From: Histomonas meleagridis 2922-C6/04-290x
Taxonomy: Eukaryota > Protista > Parabasalia
Assembly (NCBI GenBank): GCA_020184695.1
Contig: JAANOX010000116.1
Coordinates: 1-64,000, forward strand
Direction of reading: 5' to 3'
DNA: 64,000 nucleotides
Shown here piece after piece: positions 19,980 through 32,572 of the stretch; the first letter of the stretch is position 1; each line of letters opens with the position of its first letter. The notes under the pieces are model-generated. The model made no database searches. It was not told the DNA's origin and worked only from the letters and a program-made list of their open reading frames with translations. The position numbers and the translations under genes were made by a program.

Positions 19980-20960
19980 TTATTTAAGAAAATATTAAAT
20001 TTTTATATAAAATTTTACACTTACCTATACAAAGATAGTAATATACTTTGATTAATCCTAATAATTATCAAAAAAGTATTCTAAAAATCACACAATCACA
20101 ATTAAAGCATGAACAATTTCTCATGCAAAATATTAAATTTTTGAGCTCAAATATGCTAAAAACTAGCAAAAAATAAAATAATAATTCAAGTGAAGTATAT
20201 GAATTGTTTTTGAAATCTGAAATAATTGCTATAATTTTTCATAAGCAAAATTTCAAAAATATGTCTTGTGAAAATCTTATTTCGAGAGATATTACTATGA
20301 AATTGGTGATGTAGTATTATTTGATGGTAATAAATTATCAGATGATTTAGTAATAACTACTAAAATATTAAATTCAATAGTTGGTAAAGTAACAGGAAAA
20401 ATAGATGATAATTTATTGAGTATATTTAAAGAATAAAAGAAAATATATATATTTTCAATTTTTTAATGGAAATATCTAAATTAAAAACAAAACCAAAGAT
20501 AGATAGATTAAAAGAAATTAGAAGAAACATAGGCAATATCGATATCCAAGATTCCGCTCATTATTTAACCAAAAATTTTACATCTTTGTCAAAAGTAATA
20601 AATAATGAACTAACAATTTGTGAATTCATCAAAATAATAAATGAAAAATATAGATTAGTGAAAAATAAAATTGGTAATAAAACCTTAATAGAATGGTATC
20701 AATTTTTTATGAATTTAATCATTAAATACAGAATACAAACATTAGTTAAAAAAAATAAGAAATTCGATTATGAAACTATTATAGATGAATTTATTTCAAT
20801 GATAAAAGGATATAAATTATTATTATATATTCTGACGTCAGCATATAGAATATAATCTATATGAAGATCCTATTTGTAATATTACAGGTTTTAAATTTTT
20901 AGCTAAAAATAAATATTTATTTAATAGTGCAAATATTCCTTATCATGTTGATTATTAAAA
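19980..20960 (+). pseudogene. Degenerate coding-like fragments upstream of the integrase relic, possibly Maverick-derived
   Basis: Broken reading frames, including ORF 20466-20855, in the same orientation as and next to the integrase relic. No family recognised. Confidence 0.3.
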
Positions 20961-21000
20961 TATAGGTAAAATAAAACCAAATTTAAAATAAATTCCTTAT

Positions 21001-21754
21001 GAATCAAATAAAAAATATCAATCAAAATATATCGGAAATGAAGGAGAGTATCAAATGAATTTATTTTTTTCTAATAAAAATCCATTTTAATAACAATATT
21101 GTTATTTATTTACAAATTAAAACTAGATATTTATTTGATACTATGACTAATATAAGATTAAATGGCAAGTATAGTAAAAAATCAATAGAAAGTATAGCTA
21201 AAGCTTTATATAAATTTAACAGTACAGAACTTCTTAATTATAGAATTATACATTGTGATTCAGAAAAAACATTTTTATCGAAACCTTTACAATATATTGC
21301 AGCACATTTAATTGATACTAAAATAATTCCAGTAAAAAAAATAATATTTAAAAATAAATCTTATCCTATACATATTTCTTTAGCTATAATTAATAGAATT
21401 TGTAGAACTATTAGAGATATGGCTGATAATATGGGTTTAGAGTGTATTGAACGCCAAGATATGGATAAAATTATTCATAATTATGATCATGCTTATCATC
21501 ATAAAACATTATCTAAATTAAATCATAAAAAAATCTCACCTTATGAAGATAAAATTAACAATAAATCTTTTGGTTTACCTTTACATGAATTAAATTATGA
21601 AATTATGAAACAAGAAAAATATTATTTACCTCCTGGTACTCAAGTAGCTGTTTATAATACAGATCAATTACAAAAGCGAACCAAAATTCTTAAGAATGAA
21701 AATTTCGTGGGCTTAATTAGAAGCTATTGTCGAAACACTTTTATAAAAAAATAG
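21001..21754 (+). mobile_element. Maverick/Polinton-type retroviral-like (rve, DDE) integrase relic
   Basis: GEYQMNLFF (frameshifted at the T-run near 21065), IKTRYLF, IIHCDSEKTFLS, HISLAIINRICRTIRD, IHNYDHAYH, LPPGTQVAVYN. The first and third acidic catalytic positions read N. Confidence 0.7.
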
Positions 21755-21802
21755 CAATTTCACGTCACAATCTAATAAAAATTTCATAATTTCCCTTTTA
21801 CT

Positions 21803-24800
21803 TTACTCAGAATTTTGTTCGATACCTTTCATCTTCTCTTCGAGGTACTCCATCTTCCACCTACACAAGTGCACTCTTGATTCCAATTGCAGCCTCTTCA
21901 TTAAGTGGTCTCTTGCAGCGGCCAAATTGATACCTTTTCCAGAGCTTGCTGAGTTCTTTGACTTTTCCATTGTTTCGCATAATTTTTCGAATCCTCCATT
22001 TATTATATTTAATTGTTCTTTCATTTGAGTAATTTCATTTGTCACGTTTTCGAAATCGATATTTTTCACTGATTCGCCAAATATTTCATTTAATTTCTTT
22101 GAGAATTCGATTAATTTGTTCAAAGTTGGTAAACCATTTTGTATTACATCATTAATTTCCTTAATAAAATCGATAATTTTATTACCCTTTTCCAATAATC
22201 CATTCAAGTCCTTCACATCCTTTAAATGATCTTTAGTATATAATAATAAATTAATATAAGCAGAAGCTCCAGAAGAACATAAGTTCAACAAAGTAATTGT
22301 GAATTCTCTTGTAGCTGATGGAATATTTTGTTTAATTTCATTAATTCTTTCATTAATGATTGTATATTGTTCTTGTAAAGGTTTAGATACAGCAAATATT
22401 TTATCCCTTAATTCACCTAAAGTTGCATCTTCATTATTAGCAAATGTTATAGCTTCATCACATAATGTTAAAATTAAATCTAAATCTTCAAGTATCGATT
22501 GCGTTGAAGAATCAAATTGTATTCTCCAATTAGGATTACTATGACATTTAGATTTTAATGATTTATTCATTAAGTCACAATTATTACATAATGAATTTGC
22601 AGCTTTAGATAAATTCATTTTGTTTTGTAAGTTCACTGAACTTAATGAAGTTTTAAGTGTATTAATAAGTGTTAAATCAATTTGTTCATAAATTTTGGTG
22701 ATCTTTTCTACAATTTCGGAATTCTCTGGTGACGTTTGAATGAACAATGAAAACTTTTGTATGATTTCTTTGGTTTCATTAATGATATTAATTGTCTCTT
22801 TACATATTTCTTGTGTATTTAAGTTAGATGAATCATTTGTAAGTCGTGGCATCTTGATTTTAGATGGAAGTTTATTAGCTAATTCTGGTTCATAAGGTAA
22901 ATATTCAATGTTTGTTGTTTGTTTAATGATTGTCGATAATTTAAATAATGTTTCATATATTGGAAATTCTTTGGTAATAATCGAATTAATATCATCATTT
23001 GTTATTAATGTAATAAATGAATTAATTTGTTCTTGAAGTTGATTAGTTAATGTATTAAATTGTTCATTTAATTGTTTCATTGTATTTTGTTGTAATAATT
23101 CAATTGATGATGGAATAATTTTATTAATTTCTTCTTTAAGTAATGGACTCTTTTGTGATAATATTAATAAGAATGATTCCTTAAGTTTAGAATTAGTGAA
23201 ACCTGCGTTAATTAATGAGATATATAATATAATATTTATTAATATTTCTAATAATATTTTTTGTAATTTAATTATTTCATTAGTTTCTTCTTCATTATTA
23301 ACGAATGACAAATCTTCAACAATATCTCCAATATTATCAACATATCTTCTAAATAATCTTAAGTTAATATTTGAGAAATCTTTAATATATGTTAATAAAA
23401 CTTTAATCGATTGATATGATAAACGAATAAATTCACTATAAAATTGGATATCTGGTTTATTCTTAAGGATAATTCCATGTTCACTCATTATTTGTACATT
23501 AGATGTGATTAATAATAATTGTTTTTGATCAACAATTTCTGTTAAGTTTTGTGCATATAAATTATTATCTGTACGAATATCTAATAATTCATCAATATTT
23601 TGTACATTAATTATTGAATTAGTAATAATATTTGATATGTCTGTAACATATGAAATAATTTTCATTCGTAATTCTTTAATATTATCTTCATTTAATTGTT
23701 CAATTTTATCAATTTCATCAATAGTTGGTAATATATTCTCTAATAATTGATCTTTAACTTTCTTTTCTATAGCTGACGCTTGTAATGACTTAATTTCAAT
23801 GATTTTATAATGGACTTCTTCTGTTTTATATTCTGATAATAAATGTATTAATTCAATTGATTTCTCATTCGATTTATCTTTAATTTCATTCTCTTTAAGT
23901 GACCTAAATTCAATAAATGATGAAATCTTTTTAAGTTCATCAAATACTTTCTTAAGTGATTCTTCATTATTAGAATTCTCAATAAGTTTTATGATTTTAA
24001 TTAATGAAATATCTAAAAGTTCTTTAGAATCTTTTTGAATTGTAGGTAATATACCCATAAATGTTGATAATATTATCGGTAAATATTTAATGAAACTTTC
24101 TTTGTTTGTAACTTTCTTATTATATTTGACCATTTTCTTTTCGATTTTAGATAATTCAATTGATGTATAAGTTGGAATTAATTCAACAAAACTCTTTAAT
24201 GATTGATAATATTCATTATTATAATTAATATGTTCTTTAATATAATTAATGACTTCTTTAGTTTCATCATAATATTGTGTACCTTCCATATAATTTAACA
24301 CTTGTAAAAATTGTTTATTCGATGTATTATTAAATTCTGGAATTTCTTTATAATTTGGTTCTTCATATTTATCAATAATTTTAATGATTTCATCTAATAA
24401 ATTATTTAAATGTGGTATCCATGCTTGAAGTTTAATATCTGCTTTATAACTCTTTTCTTCATTACATAAAATAGAGAATTGTTGATCAATATTATATATT
24501 AATTGATAAAGAACATTAAACTTATCCATAAATTCTTTAATATGATCTTGAATAGAATTAGATAATGATACAACAAATGATAAATATGAAATGATTTTAC
24601 GTAAGAACATTGGGACTTTCATTGTATCAGTTTGTAATGTTTCAATTATTTTCTCCATTTCTTTCTTAGATTGTAATAAAAATGATAATGCCATTGATCG
24701 ATATTGTACTTTCGAAAATTCCATTAATGGATTTAACCAAAATTGAGTTATTAGTTTAAATTGTTTCATTCTTTGTGTAGAATCTATTTCTTGAATATAA

Positions 24801-27800
24801 CGTGAAATGAAACATAAATTAATGAAATTAGCCGTGATAATTAATGAAGGATTTTCAAAGATAATTATCGATTGTTTAATGTTTTCATCATCAGGTTTTT
24901 GATGTAAATATTCTTTAATTAATATTTCAGAATTAGAATAATAATATAATGAAATAGTTAAATCTAATTGAATCATAAATGAATTATATTTTTCGATCAA
25001 ATTAATTATTTTTTCTTCTTTAATTCCTTGTAATAATAATGTAGAATAACATTGGATTTCATGTAATGAATCATATTTTAATGTAATTGATGGGAAACTT
25101 TTAGAATCAACTATAACATCCACATTAAATGAATTTAATGAATTCTTTAGATATTGTAAATAATAATTTGCTTTAATATCTTCTACTTTAAATGAATTAA
25201 TTTCTGTTCGTAATTCATTAATTATATTACATAATGTTATAGAAAAGCCAATGATCATTTTTTGTATTAAATTATTCTTAAGTTCTTTATTAGCTTGTGC
25301 TTGAATTAATGTACGTAATTCATCATAATAAAATTTACCTTTTTCATGTGCTTTAATAAATGTTATAGAAGCTATTAAATTAGTTGACATTAAATCAGTA
25401 TTTTGTGATAATAATTCGAATTTATCATCAATTATATCAATAATATCTTTAGATAAATTATCAAATGATTCAATTCGATCAAATATTTTTTGGATATCTA
25501 TTGAATGCAAAACATTAGTAAAGAAATGTGATGAAGAAGATTGACGTATAATATTTGTAGATGTTGAAATATCAGTATATTTACTTAAGTTATCACAATA
25601 TTCAATTAATATATTTAATAATGTCTTTAATGCTGAATCTTCTTTAATGATTGGTATGATTTCAACAATCATTTGATATATTTTATTAACATTTTGTTGT
25701 TGTGATTCTCCTCCTTCATTTGTAGATAATAAAGAACTTTGTAATAATCTAATTTTTGTAATAATATCAGTATTCTTAATTGTAGTTTGTGATAATATAC
25801 TGTTAAGTTTATTAAATAATATATCTGTAGTTTGTTTAAAGATTTCAATATCATTTTCTCCAATATGAGGTTTAAGTATTTTCTCATTTATCATTTCACA
25901 ATTCGAAAAGAATGTTTCAAGTTGTTTTGTATATGAATTAATTTCATTTACAAATGGCTTTGTAATTAATGTAAATACTTTAACTTGTTCTTTCTTCCTA
26001 AAGACTTCTTTTAATTTAGATAATAATTGTGATTCATTAGATTTAACTTCTTTAATAACTTTAGACATATTATCGAAATATAATTTCCAATATTTCATAT
26101 TCATTAATATGTTTTTATGTTTAGAAAAGATTTCAATGTTTGCAAAATCATTAAAGAAACGTGATACTTCTTCAAATTGTGGTATAATATCTTCAACCAT
26201 TAACTTAATTTCTTTTCCTGAGAAAAATGGTATTATTGTTAATGTAGGTGGTTTAATAGTTTCATATTCAGGTAATTGATTTATACATGAAATGATTAAA
26301 TCAATTTGATCAATTACATTTTGTATTTTTGTGAATTTCTCTTCATTCGGTTGAGTTTTATCTTGTGAATCAGAAAGGATTTTTCTCATTTCTTGGAATG
26401 TTTCAATTTCTCGATCAATATTTTGAGATTCATTAATATAAGTTAAATCTTTTAATAATTTAGAAGAATCATTAGTTAAATTTGAAACATTTTTAATATT
26501 TGTAGTTAATTCTTCAAATATTTTATTTAATTCTTTAGTCGTAGCGATATGATTAGATAATATTTCTTCAATAATACGATTAATATTATTAAAGTAATAA
26601 ATATTTGAAGCATCTGATAAAATTGTTGATAATTCTCTAATTGGTGACATTATTTCTTTAAGAATTGATAATGTTCGATTAATAGAAACAAAGATTGCAC
26701 GTGTAGATTGTTTTAATTCTAAGTTAAATATTGTTGTTATAGTCTTTAATTCTAAAATCTTATCTTTAATTTGTTTATAAAGTTCATTAGCTTTAGAATC
26801 ATTATTTTGTTCTTCATAACTTAAGAACTTAGTAATAGTTTCATTAAGTGCATCAATTAATGTTTTAATTTGTTTCTTTGTAGGAATTACATGATAAGGA
26901 TCAATTTTAATTTCGTTTAATAATGTAATAAAGATATCAACTTTCTTCTTAGAAAAGATTAAAGCTTGTTGGAATGTTTTATCAGATGTAATTGAAGTTA
27001 CCATTTCAGTAATACTTTTACAATCAATAATAGCTCTTTGTAATACTATAGTTTGTTCTTTAATCTGTTCAAAGTATGGTATCGAATAAGGACGAATTGT
27101 AAGTTGTTGACGTATTTTATGAACATTTGAATATGCATTACCTAATGATATTAATGCACTTTCAATCTTATCAACTAATTCTTGATTATTAATAATCTTT
27201 TGATCATTTTTAATAGTATTTCCTACTGTTAATAAAATTGCTACTGAAAATAATGCTTGATGAAGTATATAAATATGTTTTAATCGTTCATTTGGTTCAT
27301 GTGGAATTAAAGGTCTTAATACATCTTTGATTATAATAGTGAAATGTTCAATTGCTGGTAAAAAGACTGATCCTTGACATAATGGTAATACACTTTCAGC
27401 AAATTCAGTTAATGACTTTAATTCTTTTAATAAGTTAATTAAATGGAATTGTGTATTATATAAAATTGTACCATTAGTAGGACATTGTTTAAGTTGTTTA
27501 AGACTATCTTGAAATGTTTCACGATATTTCTTTAAGAAGTTAACCCAATTTTCAATGATTATTTTACGTTTACCTTCAACTTTAACCATAATTTCAGATC
27601 GTATTAATTTTTGACATTTAATTAATATGTCAAGATTCGATAATATTATTTCAAGATTTCCGACAGTAATATTAGAAGTTGATATCATTAATAATGAATT
27701 AATAATTTCTTCTTTATCATTATCAGGTAATTTACCTTTTTTAATAATTTCATTTGTATTATATATTAATTGTAATAATGAATCTTGTTCAAACATATTC

Positions 27801-29131
27801 TTCATACATTTAAGTAATACTTCTTGAATTTGATTAACTTCATTAGGGAATTCATTAGCATAATTAGGTAATAATGGGACAACTTTAGTTTGATAAGGTT
27901 CTAATGTACCCGGATAATATAAATATTTCCCAGCGCCACTTAATGTATAATAATATGTGAAATTCGATATATCAATTTCTTCTGCATTATTTAATGATTC
28001 TTCTTTCATAAATCCATCAGTAATTAATTCTGATCCAAGTTCTTTAACAAATGTCGCATACGCTGAAATTATTGCATAAATTGTTGTGTAATTCTTATGA
28101 TGGATTTTAAGTTTTTGTTCTTGGCCATCAGGTAATAAGAACTTAATGGTAACTGTCCCTTTAGATTTATGGACTGATACATATCGGAAATATGGTATTG
28201 AGTATAAAAGTTCTTTTGATTCACCATCAAGTAAATCAATTTTACTTGGACCAACAAATAACTCGGATGGTACATAATTCTTATCTTCGCCAATGGCATA
28301 TTTACATTTGAAACTTTCGCTGCCAAAATTCGGTATCGATAATGAGATGGTGATGTATTGGCCAATCGATTCTTCTTTGGTAGGTGGCTTTCGTTCCTTA
28401 AGAAAATCAATGACTAAAGCTTTGACTTCTTCAGAAGTGTCCGCTGGAATCGATTCTTCTGTAACTTGGGAAATATCTGCGGATGTGATATATAATGAAT
28501 AATAACAAAGTTCGGCTTTCTTTTCATCTGATATTGTAAGACTACTCTTCTTAAGATACTCGGATACATCATTATAAGCTAACATTGATGAAGATGGATC
28601 CATTAATTGTGATTTGGTGAAAACAAAATAACGTCTCTTAAATACAACTTTGTCATAATTGGTACACTGTTGAGGTAAGGATAGTTCTAAGTTAAGTGGG
28701 ACATGTTCACCATCAGATGATATGGTAAATAATGAGTAACCAATTGCATTACCGATTCTAAACTTTTCTGCAATGAAAGAAACAAGCTCCTTAACGGTCT
28801 TTGAAATATCAATCATAAGTTTCTTGGTAGTTCCATCAGATGTTAGAACAGATATGGCTAAACTTGTCCTTAAAACAAATATTGTCATCCCATCCTGTGG
28901 ATGGTAATGAGAAATTTCCTTGTCTGGATTTACCCACTTGAATTCCTTGTCTTTCTTACGGATAAGTAAACGAAGATTTTTAGCTTCAGGAATTTGCAAA
29001 TTTTTAAGTGCAAGAGAAAGAAGTTGAGAGCCCTTGATGTCGCCCGGGTATTCAAACTCTTTTGCGTTTTTTCCATGTATGTTATCGCAGGTAAGAAGGC
29101 GGATTGTTGCGGACATATTTTTTTGAAACAC
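21803..29131 (-). CDS. Talin-like giant protein (F0-F1 FERM-type head, long helical rod, C-terminal helix)
   Basis: KWVNPDKEISHYHPQDGMTIFV...VLTSDGTTKKLMIDISKTVKELV..IAEKFRIGNAIGYSL resembles talin F0/F1. About 2,000 aa of helical bundle follow, ending in the amphipathic helix LQLESRVHLCRWKMEYLEE. Confidence 0.65.
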   Translation of the reverse strand: MFQKNMSATIRLLTCDNIHGKNAKEFEYPGDIKGSQLLSLALKNLQIPEAKNLRLLIRKKDKEFKWVNPDKEISHYHPQDGMTIFVLRTSLAISVLTSDGTTKKLMIDISKTVKELVSFIAEKFRIGNAIGYSLFTISSDGEHVPLNLELSLPQQCTNYDKVVFKRRYFVFTKSQLMDPSSSMLAYNDVSEYLKKSSLTISDEKKAELCYYSLYITSADISQVTEESIPADTSEEVKALVIDFLKERKPPTKEESIGQYITISLSIPNFGSESFKCKYAIGEDKNYVPSELFVGPSKIDLLDGESKELLYSIPYFRYVSVHKSKGTVTIKFLLPDGQEQKLKIHHKNYTTIYAIISAYATFVKELGSELITDGFMKEESLNNAEEIDISNFTYYYTLSGAGKYLYYPGTLEPYQTKVVPLLPNYANEFPNEVNQIQEVLLKCMKNMFEQDSLLQLIYNTNEIIKKGKLPDNDKEEIINSLLMISTSNITVGNLEIILSNLDILIKCQKLIRSEIMVKVEGKRKIIIENWVNFLKKYRETFQDSLKQLKQCPTNGTILYNTQFHLINLLKELKSLTEFAESVLPLCQGSVFLPAIEHFTIIIKDVLRPLIPHEPNERLKHIYILHQALFSVAILLTVGNTIKNDQKIINNQELVDKIESALISLGNAYSNVHKIRQQLTIRPYSIPYFEQIKEQTIVLQRAIIDCKSITEMVTSITSDKTFQQALIFSKKKVDIFITLLNEIKIDPYHVIPTKKQIKTLIDALNETITKFLSYEEQNNDSKANELYKQIKDKILELKTITTIFNLELKQSTRAIFVSINRTLSILKEIMSPIRELSTILSDASNIYYFNNINRIIEEILSNHIATTKELNKIFEELTTNIKNVSNLTNDSSKLLKDLTYINESQNIDREIETFQEMRKILSDSQDKTQPNEEKFTKIQNVIDQIDLIISCINQLPEYETIKPPTLTIIPFFSGKEIKLMVEDIIPQFEEVSRFFNDFANIEIFSKHKNILMNMKYWKLYFDNMSKVIKEVKSNESQLLSKLKEVFRKKEQVKVFTLITKPFVNEINSYTKQLETFFSNCEMINEKILKPHIGENDIEIFKQTTDILFNKLNSILSQTTIKNTDIITKIRLLQSSLLSTNEGGESQQQNVNKIYQMIVEIIPIIKEDSALKTLLNILIEYCDNLSKYTDISTSTNIIRQSSSSHFFTNVLHSIDIQKIFDRIESFDNLSKDIIDIIDDKFELLSQNTDLMSTNLIASITFIKAHEKGKFYYDELRTLIQAQANKELKNNLIQKMIIGFSITLCNIINELRTEINSFKVEDIKANYYLQYLKNSLNSFNVDVIVDSKSFPSITLKYDSLHEIQCYSTLLLQGIKEEKIINLIEKYNSFMIQLDLTISLYYYSNSEILIKEYLHQKPDDENIKQSIIIFENPSLIITANFINLCFISRYIQEIDSTQRMKQFKLITQFWLNPLMEFSKVQYRSMALSFLLQSKKEMEKIIETLQTDTMKVPMFLRKIISYLSFVVSLSNSIQDHIKEFMDKFNVLYQLIYNIDQQFSILCNEEKSYKADIKLQAWIPHLNNLLDEIIKIIDKYEEPNYKEIPEFNNTSNKQFLQVLNYMEGTQYYDETKEVINYIKEHINYNNEYYQSLKSFVELIPTYTSIELSKIEKKMVKYNKKVTNKESFIKYLPIILSTFMGILPTIQKDSKELLDISLIKIIKLIENSNNEESLKKVFDELKKISSFIEFRSLKENEIKDKSNEKSIELIHLLSEYKTEEVHYKIIEIKSLQASAIEKKVKDQLLENILPTIDEIDKIEQLNEDNIKELRMKIISYVTDISNIITNSIINVQNIDELLDIRTDNNLYAQNLTEIVDQKQLLLITSNVQIMSEHGIILKNKPDIQFYSEFIRLSYQSIKVLLTYIKDFSNINLRLFRRYVDNIGDIVEDLSFVNNEEETNEIIKLQKILLEILINIILYISLINAGFTNSKLKESFLLILSQKSPLLKEEINKIIPSSIELLQQNTMKQLNEQFNTLTNQLQEQINSFITLITNDDINSIITKEFPIYETLFKLSTIIKQTTNIEYLPYEPELANKLPSKIKMPRLTNDSSNLNTQEICKETINIINETKEIIQKFSLFIQTSPENSEIVEKITKIYEQIDLTLINTLKTSLSSVNLQNKMNLSKAANSLCNNCDLMNKSLKSKCHSNPNWRIQFDSSTQSILEDLDLILTLCDEAITFANNEDATLGELRDKIFAVSKPLQEQYTIINERINEIKQNIPSATREFTITLLNLCSSGASAYINLLLYTKDHLKDVKDLNGLLEKGNKIIDFIKEINDVIQNGLPTLNKLIEFSKKLNEIFGESVKNIDFENVTNEITQMKEQLNIINGGFEKLCETMEKSKNSASSGKGINLAAARDHLMKRLQLESRVHLCRWKMEYLEEKMKGIEQNSE

Positions 29132-29921
29132 TGATTAAACTTTTTCAATTGCTGTTTTGAAAACTGCCATTGAAAAGTGCCAAAAGAGAAGAGTTGGAGA
29201 AAAGATAGATATAAAAAAACATTTCAATTAATTAGTTAAATATGTTTGTAATCGAAATTTATGTAAAAAAACAAAATTAAATTTATATAGTATTCATGAA
29301 AGTTCATTATATGAATTAAATTCTTGAAGCCTCGCCGTTAAAAAAAATATCGTGAAGTGAACAAAACAAAGAAACAATAAAATTCTAATTGAAAAATTGA
29401 AACAATTTTTTTGATAGTGGAAATATAAATATTTCATTAAATTAGTTTATAAATTATAATTTTTTGATAATATATAAATAATAATACATTTGTATTATAT
29501 ATTTAATTTTATATTATGATATATTAATTTCTTTCATTAAAAATTTAGTTTAATTTGATTTGACATTAAAAATTTGACAACGGTTTGTATCATCGTTTTG
29601 TCTGTTTTTTGTATCAGCGTGGTAAATTTTTTTTTTAATAATGAAAAATTTATTTTTAACCTAAAGAAATTTATTGACGTCTTTTCTGCTTCATTTTTAG
29701 TTGTCATCTTAATTAAGTTTAATTATTTTATTATTGATTAATCAAAAGGAACATAAATCCAAAACATGAAAAAAATCTTTAATAAAAATTCACTTATTTC
29801 CTAGTATTTTCATATTATCATTTTTGATATTTATTTCCATTGTGTTAATCCCCAATTGAATCTCCGAGCATTCGTAAGTAAATATCTCAAAAATCTATCG
29901 TTTAGCTAAAGCACAAACGTT

Positions 29922-31765
29922 TTGCATGACTTGCAAGTGAAAGATAAAAAATATATAACATATCTCATATTATTAGAAAGTATTGTTTTTGAATTAAATG
30001 ACGAAAATATTGAGGCTTTAGTTGAAAAATTATTAAATGTTTTTGATGCAGATAATTCATATTCTTTTTTTATTATAATATTCCATTTGTCATTTTCAGC
30101 ATTTACTTCTAAAAAGATAAATACAAATGTAATTTTTACATTTTTAAATATGATTTTTACAAAGAAAGAAGAAATTGTAAAAAGCAAATTTCCTATTAAA
30201 AATATTCTTTCTCTGTTAAACATTGCATATAATCCTCAAGAATCATATTATTTTCTTCAATGGTTGATAGATCAAAAATTTATTGAGCCTGGTTCCATTC
30301 AAAATATAGAAACTTTATATTTCTCTCATTATAAATCACAACAAAAAGTTTTATTTTCATATAAAGCTCTTCCATCATTTAGTAAGTTCAAAGAAAATTT
30401 CGAAGAGCTTAGTAAGAATGATTGTGAACTTCATAAGAAATTAATTCGTGAAGGAGTTAACCCAAATGAAATTGCAAAAATAATTAGAAATGATGATATC
30501 GAAAAATTACAAGAAATAGTATCAAGCCCAAATTTTGATTTTAATCAAGTAATTGAACCATCTCTTTATGAAAAATTTACATTTATTAATCAAAATAATG
30601 TTAAACTTATTGAATATGCAGCATTTTTTGGATCTATTAAATGTTTTAAATTATTAAAACTAAGTGGTTCTAATTTAGAAAATATTGGGAAGTATGCAAT
30701 TGCTGGTGGTAACCTTGAAATAATTCATATTTGTGAGCAAAGTAATATATCTTTTTTTGATTCATTTGAAATTGCGGTTGAATTTCACCAAAAAGAAATT
30801 TTTTATTATCTTTATGAAAATAAAATTGCTGAAATTAAAGATATAAATGAATTGGGAAAGAAATGTATTAAATATAACAACTTTGAAATTTTCTCATTTT
30901 TAGAAGATAAAGGAATGAAAGTAAATGATACCCTTTTTATGGAAGCAGCTTCAAATGGAAATTTATATCTAATTAAGCATTTTCAAAAAGAAAAACATTT
31001 CCCGAATGATATTTTATATTATGCGATAATTTCAAAAAATTTCGAACTTGTTAAATTTATAGCTGAGCAAAATAAAAGTTATATTAGTGCCAAAAATATT
31101 TATTATTTTGTAATAAAGTTTATTTTGTTAAATATATGTTTCAAATTAATAATTGGAATTTGTTTTAATAATTTGAAACTCCAATAATTTTTGCAACGTC
31201 ATGTGGTTCTGTTGAAATCGTAAAATTTCTTCTTGATGGAAAAATTTCAAATATTAATGCTAAAGCTATTTGTTCAATTTATAAAGAGTTTATTTCAATT
31301 GTTTGGTAATTCATCGTTTTTAATGGTGTACATAAAAATTATTTAAAACTGCATTGATTATTGCAGCCGAAAAAGGTAACACTGAAATTGTTGAGTTACT
31401 TCTTAATCAAAAAAGTATAAATGTAAATGCAAAAGATGTCTTTTTTTCATATTCAATGTATATTTGAATAAAAAGCGATTTCCATATCATATTCAAAATT
31501 AAAATATATTATTTAAAACAGCACTTATGTATGCTACTACAAATGGTAATGTTGAAATTGTTAAATTACTTGTCAAACAAAAAGATATCAATATTAATGC
31601 AAAAGATATTTGTTTAATTAATTTAATGGTTATTTCATTTAATTAGTAAATTATAATATCATTTGGAATTAATTTAAAAAATTTTTTACAGCCTTAAATT
31701 ATACATCAAATGAAGAAATTAAAGCATTAATTTCACATTATTCAAAGGACAAAAATAAAAGTTGA
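29922..31765 (+). CDS. DUF3447/ankyrin-repeat protein continued through four 80-nt modular spacers to a terminal capping repeat
   Basis: Open frame to ISAKN (31097). Spacers at 31098-31177, 31268-31347, 31438-31517 and 31608-31687. Ankyrin repeats at 31178, 31348 and 31518. Final segment TALNYTSNEEIKALISHYSKDKNKS-TGA at 31688-31765. Start codon uncertain. Confidence 0.8.
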
Positions 31766-32572
31766 TTAATTTCTTACCAATAAATATAAATAACAACTTA
31801 GAAAGTAAAATTTATGTTAGAAAATATCCCCTTGATAACCTAAAGTAATAAAAATATCAGATGAAAATAGATCTTTTTTAATGTTTTCCTATCTTGAAAG
31901 CTAACATATAATATTTTTATTATGTTTTGAGGTTTAACATCATCACCAGGTTCCTCAAAAAGATACAAATAATAAAACCATAATTTCGTAGAAATAAAAA
32001 CGAAAATTATCTCATGTAAATAATGAAGATATTGTTCAGAAGCAAATCATTAATGATTCGCCCAGGTGTAAGAAAAACAAAAATATAATGAACCATATTA
32101 TTAGGATAAGAAGGTGAGCAACTACTTTCTTTTGCGCCTTTTTCACGTTTATATTTAAATGTGGTTCTTATTCCAATATTTTATAAATATAAACTAAATT
32201 CACAAAAAATCATTTTGAAATTTAAATTTATAAAAAATTATTTATCTTTAGCCAAAATACATGTACATCAACAAATTATAAAATCGATACATTTAAGCAA
32301 TAAATAAATTTTATGTTTTTTAACCTTGAAAAATTAAATAGTTTATATTAACGGTGATTTGCCTCCAGAGATTTTGTAAAGTATTCAATTTCGTACGGCT
32401 TTCCGATTTCTGGGGGGAACATCCCGTTCAGTACGATCGCTTATTACTTTTTCAATGCTTTAACCAAATTTGAGAGATCTATCAAATTTGAAAAAAAGAT
32501 TGAAATTGAAAAGGGGTTTTTCCGGCATCCTTTGAAAAATACCCATTTTTACCCTTAGACCATAAATCTTGT

